Positions 15,403 to 24,947 are shown, numbered from the stretch's first letter. The stretch is 32,000 nt of DNA from Halogeometricum borinquense DSM 11551 (GCF_000172995.2 NC_014729.1:1740001-1772000); one strand, 5' to 3'. Numbers and translations are program-made. The notes: generated by a model not told the origin, from the letters alone.

Positions 15403-16179
15403 ATGACTGACAGAGTGCGGGTTGCCGAGGCGGCGGCGGCAGCAGGTGCGGACGTAGCGATGGCGATGTTCGAACGCGACATCGAAACCGAGGAGAAGTC
15501 CTCGAAGACCGATGTCGTAAGCGAGGCTGACGGGGCCGCACAGGACGAGATTCTCACTACGATCGCCGACCACTACCCCGATGACGTGGTCGTCGGCGAG
15601 GAGGGCAACACGCCGAAGGAGATTCCGGAAACGGGCGATTCGTGGGTCGTCGATCCTATCGACGGCACGTCGAACTATCTCCACGGCTTTACCGTGTGGT
15701 GTCAGGCCGTCGCCGCGGTTCGGGACGCCTCACCGGTCGCCGCTGCGGTGACTCGGCCCGCCGTCGGTGACACGTACGTTGCGGACGACACGGAGTTCCG
15801 GAAGAACGGCGATCCGACAACGGTGAGCGACGAATCTGACCCCGAACGATTCGTCGTCGCGCCGACGCTCCGCGTCGGAGACGACAACCGCGACCAGTAT
15901 CTCTCCGTCATCGAAACCTGCTTTGCGGACCTCGGCGACCTGCGACGCATCGGATCAGCACAACTCACGTTGGCGATGGTCGCCGCCGGATCGATAGACG
16001 TGGCACTCGGTATCGGTCGGTCGCACCCGTGGGACACCGTCGCCGGCGTCCACATGATCCGGACCGCAGGCGGTACCGTCACCGACTTAGACGGAAATCC
16101 GTGGCGGCACGACAGCGACGGACTCGTCGCCTCGAACGGCCAAGCGCACGATGCCGTTCTCGACGCATTCGATTTCTGA
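15403..16179 (+). CDS. Inositol-monophosphatase family protein (IMPase/FBPase-type)
   Basis: VVGEEG, WVVDPIDGTSNYLHG and HPWDTVAG motifs. The ATG at 15403 is preferred over the TTG at 15355. Confidence 0.85.
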   Translation: MTDRVRVAEAAAAAGADVAMAMFERDIETEEKSSKTDVVSEADGAAQDEILTTIADHYPDDVVVGEEGNTPKEIPETGDSWVVDPIDGTSNYLHGFTVWCQAVAAVRDASPVAAAVTRPAVGDTYVADDTEFRKNGDPTTVSDESDPERFVVAPTLRVGDDNRDQYLSVIETCFADLGDLRRIGSAQLTLAMVAAGSIDVALGIGRSHPWDTVAGVHMIRTAGGTVTDLDGNPWRHDSDGLVASNGQAHDAVLDAFDF

Positions 16180-16195
16180 ACGTCGAAATCGACTC

Positions 16196-16281
16196 GTGTA
16201 AACGCCGCACCGGCTCCGTATGAACGCCGCACCGGCTCCGTGTAAACGCTGACCCGGTACGTATGAACGTTGACCCGTCTC
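16196..16281. repeat. Four head-to-tail 21-22-nt units in a convergent intergenic spacer
   Basis: The units are GTGTAAACGCCGCACCGGCTCC, GTATGAACGCCGCACCGGCTCC, GTGTAAACGCTGACCCGGTAC and GTATGAACGTTGACCCGTCTC. The last unit overlaps the stop codon of the minus-strand gene. Confidence 0.85.
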
Positions 16282-16525
16282 AGACGCGTGATCCGACGCC
16301 GACGGTTCGCGTCGCACCCCACGTGAGGACGACGATACCGACGACGAACCCGGCGAGTGCAAGCATCAGCGGAACCGGCTTGAGCAACGTGCCGCCGAGA
16401 AACGGCCCACGGACGAGTAGAAATCCGGTCCCAAGCGTGACGATGAGACCGAGAAGCGAGACGATACTGTAGAAGTAAGTGAGCACGCCGAACCCGGCGC
16501 GGTCGGTCTTCGAACGACGAGGCAT
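16280..16525 (-). CDS. Small (81 aa) membrane protein, 2-3 TM
   Basis: Hydrophobic segments FGVLTYFYSIVSLLGLIVTLGTGFLLV and PLMLALAGFVVGIVVLTW, with high GC3. TATAAG (complement of 16549-16554) is 23 nt upstream of the ATG. Confidence 0.6.
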   Translation of the reverse strand: MPRRSKTDRAGFGVLTYFYSIVSLLGLIVTLGTGFLLVRGPFLGGTLLKPVPLMLALAGFVVGIVVLTWGATRTVGVGSRV

Positions 16526-16617
16526 ACCGTCTCAGGATACCGCAGGGTCTTATAGCATTTGTCGGCTGATTCACCCGACGCGTATCGTGGGGGTGGCCAC
16601 AACAGACGCGGTGAGGG

Positions 16618-16899
16618 TTACCACTCGATACGGAAGCCAGACTCGCCCTTGGGGGCTTCGTACTCTACTTCGACTGACTCCACGTCGGCCGCCTCACTTC
16701 CGGTGTGACACCACTCGATCATCTCCTCGACCGCGTTTTCGGACCCTTCGAACACCGCTTCGACGCGGCCGTCGTCGAGATTCTTCACCCACCCCTCTAT
16801 GTCGCGGTTGCGGGCGGCGTCTCGTGTACTTGCTCTGTAGTACACGCCCTGCACTCGGCCACTGACGAACACGTGAGCACGCGTACGGTCGTCACTCAT
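16618..16899 (-). CDS. acyP: Acylphosphatase
   Basis: VSGRVQGVYYRASTRDAARNRDIEGWVKNLDDGRVEAVFEG matches the acylphosphatase signatures. The ATG at 16899 (MSDDRT) is preferred over the longer ORF. Confidence 0.85.
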   Translation of the reverse strand: MSDDRTRAHVFVSGRVQGVYYRASTRDAARNRDIEGWVKNLDDGRVEAVFEGSENAVEEMIEWCHTGSEAADVESVEVEYEAPKGESGFRIEW

Positions 16900-16993
16900 A
16901 CGACCTCCTACAGATCCCACCGACAAATATCGGGCGGCCGAGAGAGGGCCGCGAATCGAAGCCATCTAAGTGACGGGCCGCTGAGTCGCCCAT

Positions 16994-18376
16994 ATGGAAC
17001 TGTTCGGTACCGCCGGGATTCGCGGTGACGTAGTCACGCGCGTCACACCGGAACTCGCGCTCTCAGTCGGTCGTGCGGTCGGTATGGACGCGGTAGCGTC
17101 AGATGGACGAGCGGAAGTCGTCGTCGGTCGTGACGGTCGAACGAGTGGCCCCGCACTGGCTTCTGCCGTCGAAGCGGGACTGGAGTCCGCCGGAGCGGAC
17201 GTACACCGCGTAGGCGTCGTCCCAACTCCTGCGCTGGCGTTTGCCTCGCGCGGCCGCCGCGGAATCATGCTCACGGCATCGCACAACCCGCCGACCGACA
17301 ACGGAATCAAGGTGTTCGTGGACGGCGAGGAGTACGACCGGACGCTCGAACGGGGAGTCGAAGAACGCGTCGCCTCGGATCCCGACTCGGCTCCGTGGGA
17401 CCAGTGGGGCGACAGCGAATCTGTTGACGTGCTTCCCGACTACCGAAACGCCGTCATCGACTACGCACGCGACCACGGCGCCGACGCCGACGGCCTGAAT
17501 ATCGTCGTAGACTGCGGTAACGGTATGTCCGCCCTCGGGACGCCGCAGGTCCTCCGGGAACTCGGCGCACGCGTCGTCACCCTCAACGGACAGGTGGACG
17601 GTCACTTCCCCGGGCGCGAGTCGAAACCGACGCCCGAGACGCTGACCGACCTCCGCGCATTCCTCGCGGACGACGAGACGGAACCCGGCGGCGACTTCGA
17701 CTTCGGCATCGCACACGACGGCGACTCCGACCGGATCGTCATCGTCGGTCCCGACGGCGACGTGATTCACGAGGATACCGTCGTCGCCATCGTCGCAGAA
17801 CACTTTGTCCGTGACTCCGATGCCGACGACCCGGTGGTCGTAACGACGCCGAACGCCTCGGGGCGCATCGACGAACGCGTCCGTGAGGCTGGTGGACGAG
17901 TCGAACGCGTCCGTCTCGGCGCGCTTCACGAGGGCATCGCCGCCGCCCGCGAAGACGGTGGCGACGTAGTGTTCGCCGCCGAACCGTGGAAGCACATCCA
18001 TCCGGGACTCGGCGGATGGATCGACGGTGTCGCCTCCGCCGCCGTCCTCACCCGTCTTGTGGCAGAGTCCGGACTGGACGCCCTCCGCGAACCTGTCACC
18101 GAGCGTCCCTACAGAAAGGTAAGCGTCTCCTGCCCGGACGAGAAAAAGCAGGCGGTCATGGCGTCGCTGGAGACGACGCTTCCGGATGCGTTCCCCGACG
18201 CCGACGTAGACACCGAACACGGTGTCCGTCTCGAACTCCCGGACGCTTCGTGGGTTCTCGTCCGACCGTCCGGTACCGAACCGTACGTCCGTGTCTACGC
18301 GGAAGCCGACGACGTGGACGCACTCGTCGGCGAAGCCAGCGACGTGGTGGAAGCAGCTATTGAATCCGCCGACTGA
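16994..18376 (+). CDS. glmM: Archaeal phosphoglucosamine mutase / phosphohexomutase
   Basis: MELFGTAGIRG start, the active-site loop TASHNPPTDNGIK, and DGDSDR metal-binding and sugar-binding loops. Confidence 0.8.
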   Translation: MELFGTAGIRGDVVTRVTPELALSVGRAVGMDAVASDGRAEVVVGRDGRTSGPALASAVEAGLESAGADVHRVGVVPTPALAFASRGRRGIMLTASHNPPTDNGIKVFVDGEEYDRTLERGVEERVASDPDSAPWDQWGDSESVDVLPDYRNAVIDYARDHGADADGLNIVVDCGNGMSALGTPQVLRELGARVVTLNGQVDGHFPGRESKPTPETLTDLRAFLADDETEPGGDFDFGIAHDGDSDRIVIVGPDGDVIHEDTVVAIVAEHFVRDSDADDPVVVTTPNASGRIDERVREAGGRVERVRLGALHEGIAAAREDGGDVVFAAEPWKHIHPGLGGWIDGVASAAVLTRLVAESGLDALREPVTERPYRKVSVSCPDEKKQAVMASLETTLPDAFPDADVDTEHGVRLELPDASWVLVRPSGTEPYVRVYAEADDVDALVGEASDVVEAAIESAD

Positions 18377-18512
18377 TTGTGAGATACTAAACATTTCTCG
18401 CGGAGACGTGGGGATCCGTTCGGACGATCTAGCGAGGATTCAGCAAACTGAAACTCGAAACGACGCACTTATGCTCATCTCGTGTTGGCTAACGATATAG
18501 GTGTCCATAGAT

Positions 18513-19643
18513 ATGGATAGACGCAAGTTCTTGAAGGCGACAGGTGTCGCGGGTATTGCAGGTCTCGCGGGATGTAGCGGTGGACCAACCGGTGGCGATT
18601 CGACGGCGACGGAAACGGATACGGAAGCCGACACCACCGAGTCCGGCGAAACGACGCAGGAAACGACCGAGGAGAGCGGACCGGCCGCGAACATCGGTAT
18701 GGTGTACGCCCTCGGCGGTCTCGGTGACAAGTCGTTCAACGACGCCGCAAAGCGCGGTATCGAGCGAGCGAAATCTGAACTCGGTATCGAGTACAACGAG
18801 GCACAACCTTCTGCGGCAGAGGAGTTCCCGACGTTCCAGCGCCGGTTCGCGCAGTCGGCGAACCCCGACTACGACCTCATCTGCTGTATCGGTTTCGCAC
18901 AGAAGTCCGCACTGAAGCAGACATCCAAGAACTTCCCCGACCAGAAGTTCATGCTGGTTGACGATCAGATCGACCGAGACAACGTCGCCTCCTACACGTT
19001 CAAGGAACACGAGGGGTCGTTCCTCGTCGGTCACCTCGCGGGCCTTCTGACGACACAACAGTTCGAGGCCGGTGCCGGTAGCACGTCCGGCAACTCGAAG
19101 AAGGTCGGCTTCGTCGGCGGCCGCGAAGCACCTCTCATCAAGAAGTTCCAAGCCGGATTCGAGGCAGGCGCCAAGCACGCTGACGAGGAGCTCACGGTCT
19201 CGACGGCGTACGCCGGGTCGTTCTCCGACTCCGCGAAAGGGAAAGAGATCGCCACCTCGATGTACGAAGACGGCGCGGACATCGTCTACCACGCGGCCGG
19301 TGGGACGGGTCTCGGTGTCTTCCAAGCGGCCCAAGAGCAGGGTAAGTTCGCCATCGGTGTCGACTCCGACCAGTCGAAAACCGACCCGAACTACGCGAAT
19401 GTCATCCTCGCCTCGATGGTCAAGCGCGTCGAAACGGCCGTCCACACGTCCGTCGAGAATATCACCGAAGACGAGTACAACGGCGGCGAGAAGACGACGC
19501 TCGGCCTCGAAAAGAACGGTATCGAGTGCGTCTACGGGCAGGAGATCGGAGGCGGCATCCCCGAGGATGTCAAGACGGCAGTCAGCGAGAGCCGACAGGC
19601 CATCATCGACGGCGACATCTCCGTTCCGGATACCACCGAGTAA
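18513..19643 (+). CDS. BMP-family (PnrA/Med-like) ABC substrate-binding lipoprotein, Tat-exported
   Basis: MDRRKFLKATGVAGIAGLAGCSG carries a twin-arginine motif plus a lipobox Cys, followed by a T/E-rich linker. The BMP-like core has GDKSFND and VGFVGG. The ATG at 18513 is preferred over the GTG at 18501. Confidence 0.85.
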   Translation: MDRRKFLKATGVAGIAGLAGCSGGPTGGDSTATETDTEADTTESGETTQETTEESGPAANIGMVYALGGLGDKSFNDAAKRGIERAKSELGIEYNEAQPSAAEEFPTFQRRFAQSANPDYDLICCIGFAQKSALKQTSKNFPDQKFMLVDDQIDRDNVASYTFKEHEGSFLVGHLAGLLTTQQFEAGAGSTSGNSKKVGFVGGREAPLIKKFQAGFEAGAKHADEELTVSTAYAGSFSDSAKGKEIATSMYEDGADIVYHAAGGTGLGVFQAAQEQGKFAIGVDSDQSKTDPNYANVILASMVKRVETAVHTSVENITEDEYNGGEKTTLGLEKNGIECVYGQEIGGGIPEDVKTAVSESRQAIIDGDISVPDTTE

Positions 19644-19708
19644 GCGACTGAGACAGTCGCACACCGCGATCCGAACGCGACACAACGTCCGATTTTCTCC
19701 TCTGTTTT
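19644..19708 (+). terminator. Hairpin GCGACTG-AGA-CAGTCGC immediately after the stop codon, followed by two T4 tracts
   Basis: A perfect 7-bp stem at 19644-19660, with TTTT at 19693-19696 and 19705-19708. Confidence 0.4.
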
Positions 19709-19903
19709 ATTCGAATCGACTAGCGGTGTCTCCGAGCGAATCGCAAACGAACATTCAGCGACCGCTATCGGTTGCGGTCAGATTCGCCGTTCGCAGTATC
19801 GCCGTCTCGGCGTGGATATGTCCAGAATTTAACCGAGCGATGGGTTTACCGGCGGACGAGAAACCAAACGAGTTTAAGCGAACACCCAAGATAGGAGGAT
19901 AAG

Positions 19904-21490
19904 ATGACCACCGCGGTCCACCTCGACGGAATCACAAAGCGGTTCCCAGGTGTCATCGCCAACGATGACGTCGATCTGACCGTCGAGCGCGGCACGGTAC
20001 ACGCACTTCTCGGGGAGAACGGGGCAGGCAAGACGACACTGATGAACGTCCTCTACGGTCTCTACCGACCGACAGAGGGTCGTGTCGTCATCGAAGGAAC
20101 GGAACGAAAATTCTCCTCTCCCAAGGACGCTATCAAGGCGGGCGTCGGCATGATTCACCAGCACTTCATGCTCGTCGATCCGATGACCGTCACTGAGAAT
20201 ATCGTTCTCGGGAACGAACCCCGCAAGTGGTTCGGACTCGCAGTAGACAGAGAAGGTGCGCGACGTGACGTGCAAGCGTTGTCAGACCGATACGGATTCG
20301 ACGTCGATCCCGAGGCGACGATAGAGGACGTGAGTGTCGGCGTGCAACAGCGCGTCGAGATTCTCAAAACGCTCTACCGTGGGGCCGACATCCTCATTCT
20401 GGACGAACCGACCGCCGTACTAACGCCACAGGAAGTTGAGGACCTCTTCGACGTGCTTGAGGAACTCACAGACCAAGGAAAGACCATCATTTTCATCACC
20501 CACAAGTTAGGCGAGGCGATGCACGCCGCCGACGATGTGACCGTCCTCCGTGACGGCAAGAACGTCGGTACGGTGAAAACCGAAGACACCACGCGTGAAC
20601 AGCTCGCCGAGCTGATGGTCGGCCGCGAAGTGTTCTTAGAGACCGACACGAACCCGATGGAGCCGGGCGATGTCGTCCTCTCGACAAACAACCTCAGAGC
20701 CGAGGACAACCGCGGAATGGAGGCCGTTTCGGATGTCTCCTTCACCGTACGCGAGGGAGAGGTGTTCGGAATCGCGGGCGTTGATGGGAACGGCCAGTCC
20801 GAACTCATCGAATCGATCACCGGTCTCCGAACGCCGACTGACGGGTCGGTCACCTATCTCGGTTCGGACATCACCGATGCGCCACGGTCAGATCGGATCG
20901 ACGCCGGGATGGCGTACATCCCGGAGGACCGCCACGAACGCGGTCTCGTGATGGATTTCGACCTCGTGCAGAACGGCATTTTAGGCAGTCAACACAGCAA
21001 GCCGTTCGCGGAGCGAGGGAACATCGACTGGGGCACCACACGGCGCCACGCCGAAGCGATCATCGACGAGTACGACGTTCGGCCGCCAAACCCAGACGCC
21101 AACGCAGAGTCGTTGTCCGGCGGAAACCAGCAGAAGTTCATCGCGGGCCGCGAGTTCGAACGCAATCCCGAACTTGTTGTCGCCACCCATCCGACCCGTG
21201 GCGTAGACATCGGCTCGACGGAGTTCATCCACGACCGACTGCTCGAACTCCGGGATTCGGGGAAGGCCGTCCTCCTCGTCTCCTCGAAACTCGACGAGGT
21301 GCAGGGTCTCTCGGACCGCCTCGCCGTCATGCACGACGGCGAGTTCATGGACGTAGTGGACCCCGACGTAGTTTCTGAAGAGGAGATCGGTCTTCTCATG
21401 GCCGGTGAACACCCGGAGACAGCGGACGCCGCCGAAGCCTCCGACGCCGTGGCGGACGGCGGTGCGGGAACAGACGGAGGTGACCAATGA
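19904..21490 (+). CDS. ABC transporter ATP-binding protein (duplicated ATPase, sugar/nucleoside type)
   Basis: Walker A GENGAGKTT and GVDGNGQSE, plus the signature LSGGNQQK. GGAGG at 19894-19898 lies 5 nt before the ATG. Confidence 0.9.
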   Translation: MTTAVHLDGITKRFPGVIANDDVDLTVERGTVHALLGENGAGKTTLMNVLYGLYRPTEGRVVIEGTERKFSSPKDAIKAGVGMIHQHFMLVDPMTVTENIVLGNEPRKWFGLAVDREGARRDVQALSDRYGFDVDPEATIEDVSVGVQQRVEILKTLYRGADILILDEPTAVLTPQEVEDLFDVLEELTDQGKTIIFITHKLGEAMHAADDVTVLRDGKNVGTVKTEDTTREQLAELMVGREVFLETDTNPMEPGDVVLSTNNLRAEDNRGMEAVSDVSFTVREGEVFGIAGVDGNGQSELIESITGLRTPTDGSVTYLGSDITDAPRSDRIDAGMAYIPEDRHERGLVMDFDLVQNGILGSQHSKPFAERGNIDWGTTRRHAEAIIDEYDVRPPNPDANAESLSGGNQQKFIAGREFERNPELVVATHPTRGVDIGSTEFIHDRLLELRDSGKAVLLVSSKLDEVQGLSDRLAVMHDGEFMDVVDPDVVSEEEIGLLMAGEHPETADAAEASDAVADGGAGTDGGDQ

Positions 21491-22848
21491 GTACGATCAC
21501 GGACGCACGACGAACTGCCCGCTCGATGCTTCGGCGTCTCGTTGCGCTTTCGGGCGTCGAACGACTTCTCATCAGTCTCGCCGCACTTGTCCTCGCAATC
21601 TTCGTCGGCGCGGGACTCATCCTCGTGTCCGGCCGTATCACCACCTGTTCGCAGGCCGCCGCCGTCTACTTCGGAACCGGATTCTGTTATGACCCAACGG
21701 AAGTGTTCTTCGTCCTGTTTAACGGCGCGTTCGGTAATCCGCTGAATCCAAAACTCTTGACTGGACCTCTCGTGAATCCGTCGTGGAATCCGTTGCACGG
21801 TCCGGTCACGTTCTCCGGGCCGCTCGTGACGAAGGCGCTCTTTACGGCGCAGTGGAACCCGCTTAACTTCAGCGCCGCGCTGACGCTGAAGGAGACGACG
21901 CTCCTCGTCTTCACGGGCCTCTCCGTCGCGGTCGCGTTCCGCGCCGGACTGTTCAACATCGGCACACAGGGACAACTCGTCATCGGTGGACTGGTGACGG
22001 CACTCGTCGTCGGCATTCTCGTCCCTGTCGTCCCCGGCGGGTTTGCTGGAAGCATACTCCTGATCCCTGTTGGTACCCTCGCCGGTGCCGCCGCGGGCGG
22101 ACTCTACGCCGCCATTCCCGGTGCGCTGAAAGCATACGCGGATGCGAACGAGGTTATCACGACCATCATGCTCAACTTCATCGCGGCGAAGTTGGCGTAC
22201 GTCGCTGTCTCGGAGTTCTTCAAAAACCCGGACTCGCAGGTCATCGAGACGGCACCGCTCCCGGACTACGCGACGCTTGGCTCCGTGGTGTTCCCGCAGG
22301 GGAGCGACTTCTCCATCCTTTCGCTTTTGTTCGCGCTTCTCCTCGTCATCGGCATCTGGTACCTCATCGAGCGTACATCGTACGGATTCGACCTGCGGAC
22401 GAGTGGTATCCAACCCGAAGCGGCCGAATACGGTGGCGTCGATGCCAAGCGCACCGTCGTCACCAGTATGATGCTCTCCGGTGCCCTCGGCGGCATCGGC
22501 GGAGCAATGTGGGTGTTGATGGTAATGGGTAAGTGGCAGACTGGCGTGCCATCGCTTGGTTTCGACGGCATTACCGTCTCGATTCTCGCGGGCAACAATC
22601 CGCTCGGTGCGATTCCGGCCGCATTGTTGTTCGGCACGCTGAAGTCCGGGTCGCTCGCGGTGCAGTTCAACACAGGCGTCCCGAAGCAACTCGTCGGCGT
22701 CCTTCGCGGTCTCATCATCCTGTTCGTCGCCATGCCGGAGTTCTTCCGTGCTATCGGCACGAACATCGTTGACCTCGAAGAACCCGATCAGAAGGCCGTC
22801 GCTACGGACGGCGGACGCTCGGTTTCGACCGAGGGAGGTGACGAGTAA
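21487..22848 (+). CDS. ABC transporter permease (BMP-system, first permease) with an enlarged first external loop
   Basis: FTGLSVAVAFRAGLFNIGTQGQ and multiple TM helices. It overlaps the ATPase gene by ATGA. Confidence 0.85.
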   Translation: MSTITDARRTARSMLRRLVALSGVERLLISLAALVLAIFVGAGLILVSGRITTCSQAAAVYFGTGFCYDPTEVFFVLFNGAFGNPLNPKLLTGPLVNPSWNPLHGPVTFSGPLVTKALFTAQWNPLNFSAALTLKETTLLVFTGLSVAVAFRAGLFNIGTQGQLVIGGLVTALVVGILVPVVPGGFAGSILLIPVGTLAGAAAGGLYAAIPGALKAYADANEVITTIMLNFIAAKLAYVAVSEFFKNPDSQVIETAPLPDYATLGSVVFPQGSDFSILSLLFALLLVIGIWYLIERTSYGFDLRTSGIQPEAAEYGGVDAKRTVVTSMMLSGALGGIGGAMWVLMVMGKWQTGVPSLGFDGITVSILAGNNPLGAIPAALLFGTLKSGSLAVQFNTGVPKQLVGVLRGLIILFVAMPEFFRAIGTNIVDLEEPDQKAVATDGGRSVSTEGGDE

Positions 22849-23948
22849 TGAGTACACAAAGTCAACTGAACGGACTCCTCGAACGCGACTGGTCGTACCG
22901 TGAGACGCTCGCCGGTGGTGCAGTCGGTATTTTCCTCGTTATCACCATGCTCGGTCTCGTCTTCCCGCAGAGCATCTGGGCCAACCTGTTCGAGATTCTC
23001 ACGGACCGAAGCACGCTCAGTTCGGCGCTCCGACTCTCCGTTCCTATCGTCTTCGCCGCGCTCGGCGGCATCTTCGCTGAGAAATCCGGTGTCATCAACA
23101 TCGGTCTCGAAGGCCTCCTCATCATCTCGGCGTTCGTCGCCATCCTCGTACCGGCGGTACTCGGCCCGGAAGGAACGACGCTGTTCCTCCCGAATCTCTG
23201 GGTCGGATTCCTTGCAGGCATTCTCGCGTCGGTACTGTTTGCGGCGCTGTTCGCGGTGGTCTGCATCCGCTACAAGGCCGACCAGATTATCGCTGGCCTC
23301 GCGGTGTGGCTCATCGCGCTTGGTCTCGCGCCGTTCTCCGCGACGGTGTACTACGGGGGCGTCAACACCGACTACATCGGCACGACCCTCCCGACGTGGG
23401 AGATTCCGGTTCTCTCAGACCTGCCGTTCTTCGGTGCGGTTTTCAGTGCGACGCCCGCCGTCTACGCGATGCTTATCGCCGTCCCGGCGGCGTGGTTCGT
23501 CCTGAACCGTACATCCTTCGGCGGTCACGTCCGCGCCTCCGGAGAGAATCCACGCGCACTCGACACCGTCGGCGTGGACGTGTCCCGCGTCCGCTATGCC
23601 AGCGCACTGCTTTCGGGGTTCCTCACTGGCATCGGCGGCGCGGCACTCTCGCTCGGTCTCGGACAGTTCCTCGGAAACAACCAGACGATGGTCAACGGAA
23701 AAGGGTTCATCGCCATCGTCGCCTACCTGTTCGGCAACTACAACCCGTTCGGCGCGTTCGGCGCGTCGTTCCTGTTCGCCGGACTGGAGGCCGTCCAGAT
23801 TCGCCTCCAGCAGATTCAGGGCTATGCGGTTCCGGACGAACTCATCCAGACGATTCCCTACGTGACGGTTCTCGTCGTCCTCGCGCTGGTCGGCCGTACC
23901 CGGATTCCGAAGGCGGCAGGCGAGCATTACGATTCCGGCGAAGACTGA
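22848..23948 (+). CDS. ABC transporter permease (BMP-system, second permease)
   Basis: PIVFAALGGIFAEKSGVINIGLEGL and multiple TM helices. It overlaps the upstream gene at TAATG. A T-rich stretch follows the stop at 23951-23968. Confidence 0.85.
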   Translation: MSTQSQLNGLLERDWSYRETLAGGAVGIFLVITMLGLVFPQSIWANLFEILTDRSTLSSALRLSVPIVFAALGGIFAEKSGVINIGLEGLLIISAFVAILVPAVLGPEGTTLFLPNLWVGFLAGILASVLFAALFAVVCIRYKADQIIAGLAVWLIALGLAPFSATVYYGGVNTDYIGTTLPTWEIPVLSDLPFFGAVFSATPAVYAMLIAVPAAWFVLNRTSFGGHVRASGENPRALDTVGVDVSRVRYASALLSGFLTGIGGAALSLGLGQFLGNNQTMVNGKGFIAIVAYLFGNYNPFGAFGASFLFAGLEAVQIRLQQIQGYAVPDELIQTIPYVTVLVVLALVGRTRIPKAAGEHYDSGED

Positions 23949-24014
23949 ACTTCCTTTCTCAAATTTTGTAACGGGGTCGGGAGAGTTAACTATCGTCCAG
24001 ACGACCCTCCGGCA

Positions 24015-24947
24015 ATGCGACTTCGAGACGCCCTCCGCCGCGCCGCCAGTTATCAACTGCGAGCGTTGCCACCGACAGTTATCGGTCTCGGACTCGTCGG
24101 GGCGGGCGTCTGGTACGGACTCAATGGCGGGACCACGCTGGCAACAGCCACGGCGACTCGTCTTGTTCCGGCGGTCGTCCTCGCTGGCGTCGGTCTCGGT
24201 GTCACTGCTGTCGGTCGGACGGCGGTTCGCCTCGATGCGAACGCTGCCGCCGTTTCCGACCGACTCGACGGGTCGAGCATCGACGAGGATGACTTGCGCG
24301 AGACGGTCGTGCTTGCCACCGAACGCGCCGTTGCGGACTCTATCGACGGCGCGACTGCCGAAATCGAGGCCCGCGTCACTGATGCGGTCGAGGAAGCGGT
24401 TGCTAATGCCACGAAATCGGGGGCAAAATCCGAGATGGCCGCACCGACAGACCCCGCGTCACGCGCTGATATTCTCGATTCGAATTCGGCGGAACCGGAC
24501 GCGCTCGCGGACGCAACACGCCGTGCGAGCGAACGCGTCGAATCCTATCTGGAGTCCGAGGATGCCGACGTTGGTGACTTCCGCCAACTCGCGGAAGGTG
24601 CGACAGTGTTAGACGAAAGCGACTCGGGAGCGTCGGACAGCCCCGACCGGGCGGTCGTCAAAACCGACGGTCAGGCGGAGACATCGAAAGACGAAGCGGC
24701 GGAGATGCCGGGAGCGAACGAGACTGAGACCAGAAACCAAGCGACCGAGGCACCGGGAACTGAGGAAGCAGGGTCAACGAAAGACGACGAGTCGGTGACA
24801 GCGGGCGACGGCGCGGAAATTATCGATGACAACCCCGCCGACCCCGACCTCCCGGACGGCGGCAATACCGACGACGCGGAGATCATCGATGCCGATACGG
24901 AGATGGTGTTCGGAAGCGACGTGAAAGATCCCGACGACAAAGCGTAG
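24015..24947 (+). CDS. Hypothetical membrane-anchored (2 TM) protein with a long acidic low-complexity tail
   Basis: TM segments VIGLGLVGAGVWYGL and LVPAVVLAGVGLGVTAV, then about 230 aa of D/E/A/T-rich sequence with the AEIIDD / AEIIDAD echo. TTAACTAT is 21 nt upstream of the ATG. Confidence 0.55.
   Translation: MRLRDALRRAASYQLRALPPTVIGLGLVGAGVWYGLNGGTTLATATATRLVPAVVLAGVGLGVTAVGRTAVRLDANAAAVSDRLDGSSIDEDDLRETVVLATERAVADSIDGATAEIEARVTDAVEEAVANATKSGAKSEMAAPTDPASRADILDSNSAEPDALADATRRASERVESYLESEDADVGDFRQLAEGATVLDESDSGASDSPDRAVVKTDGQAETSKDEAAEMPGANETETRNQATEAPGTEEAGSTKDDESVTAGDGAEIIDDNPADPDLPDGGNTDDAEIIDADTEMVFGSDVKDPDDKA

Noticed and set aside
17099-18394. Very long ORFs on the opposite strand of well-supported genes: 17099..18394, 18489..19685, 20989..22857, 25250..26635, 28327..29574, 30827..31960, 15702..16574 and 4374..5210.
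   Set aside because: All lie antisense or out of frame to genes with clear family motifs. Their translations are Arg/Gly/Asp/Val-rich with no motifs. Stop-poor antisense frames like these are expected at this GC content.
19710-19717. A TTCGAATC string resembling a tRNA T-loop in the ABC operon spacer.
   Set aside because: There is no flanking GG or CC, no acceptor or anticodon stems can be drawn, and the surrounding sequence does not fold into a cloverleaf by eye.
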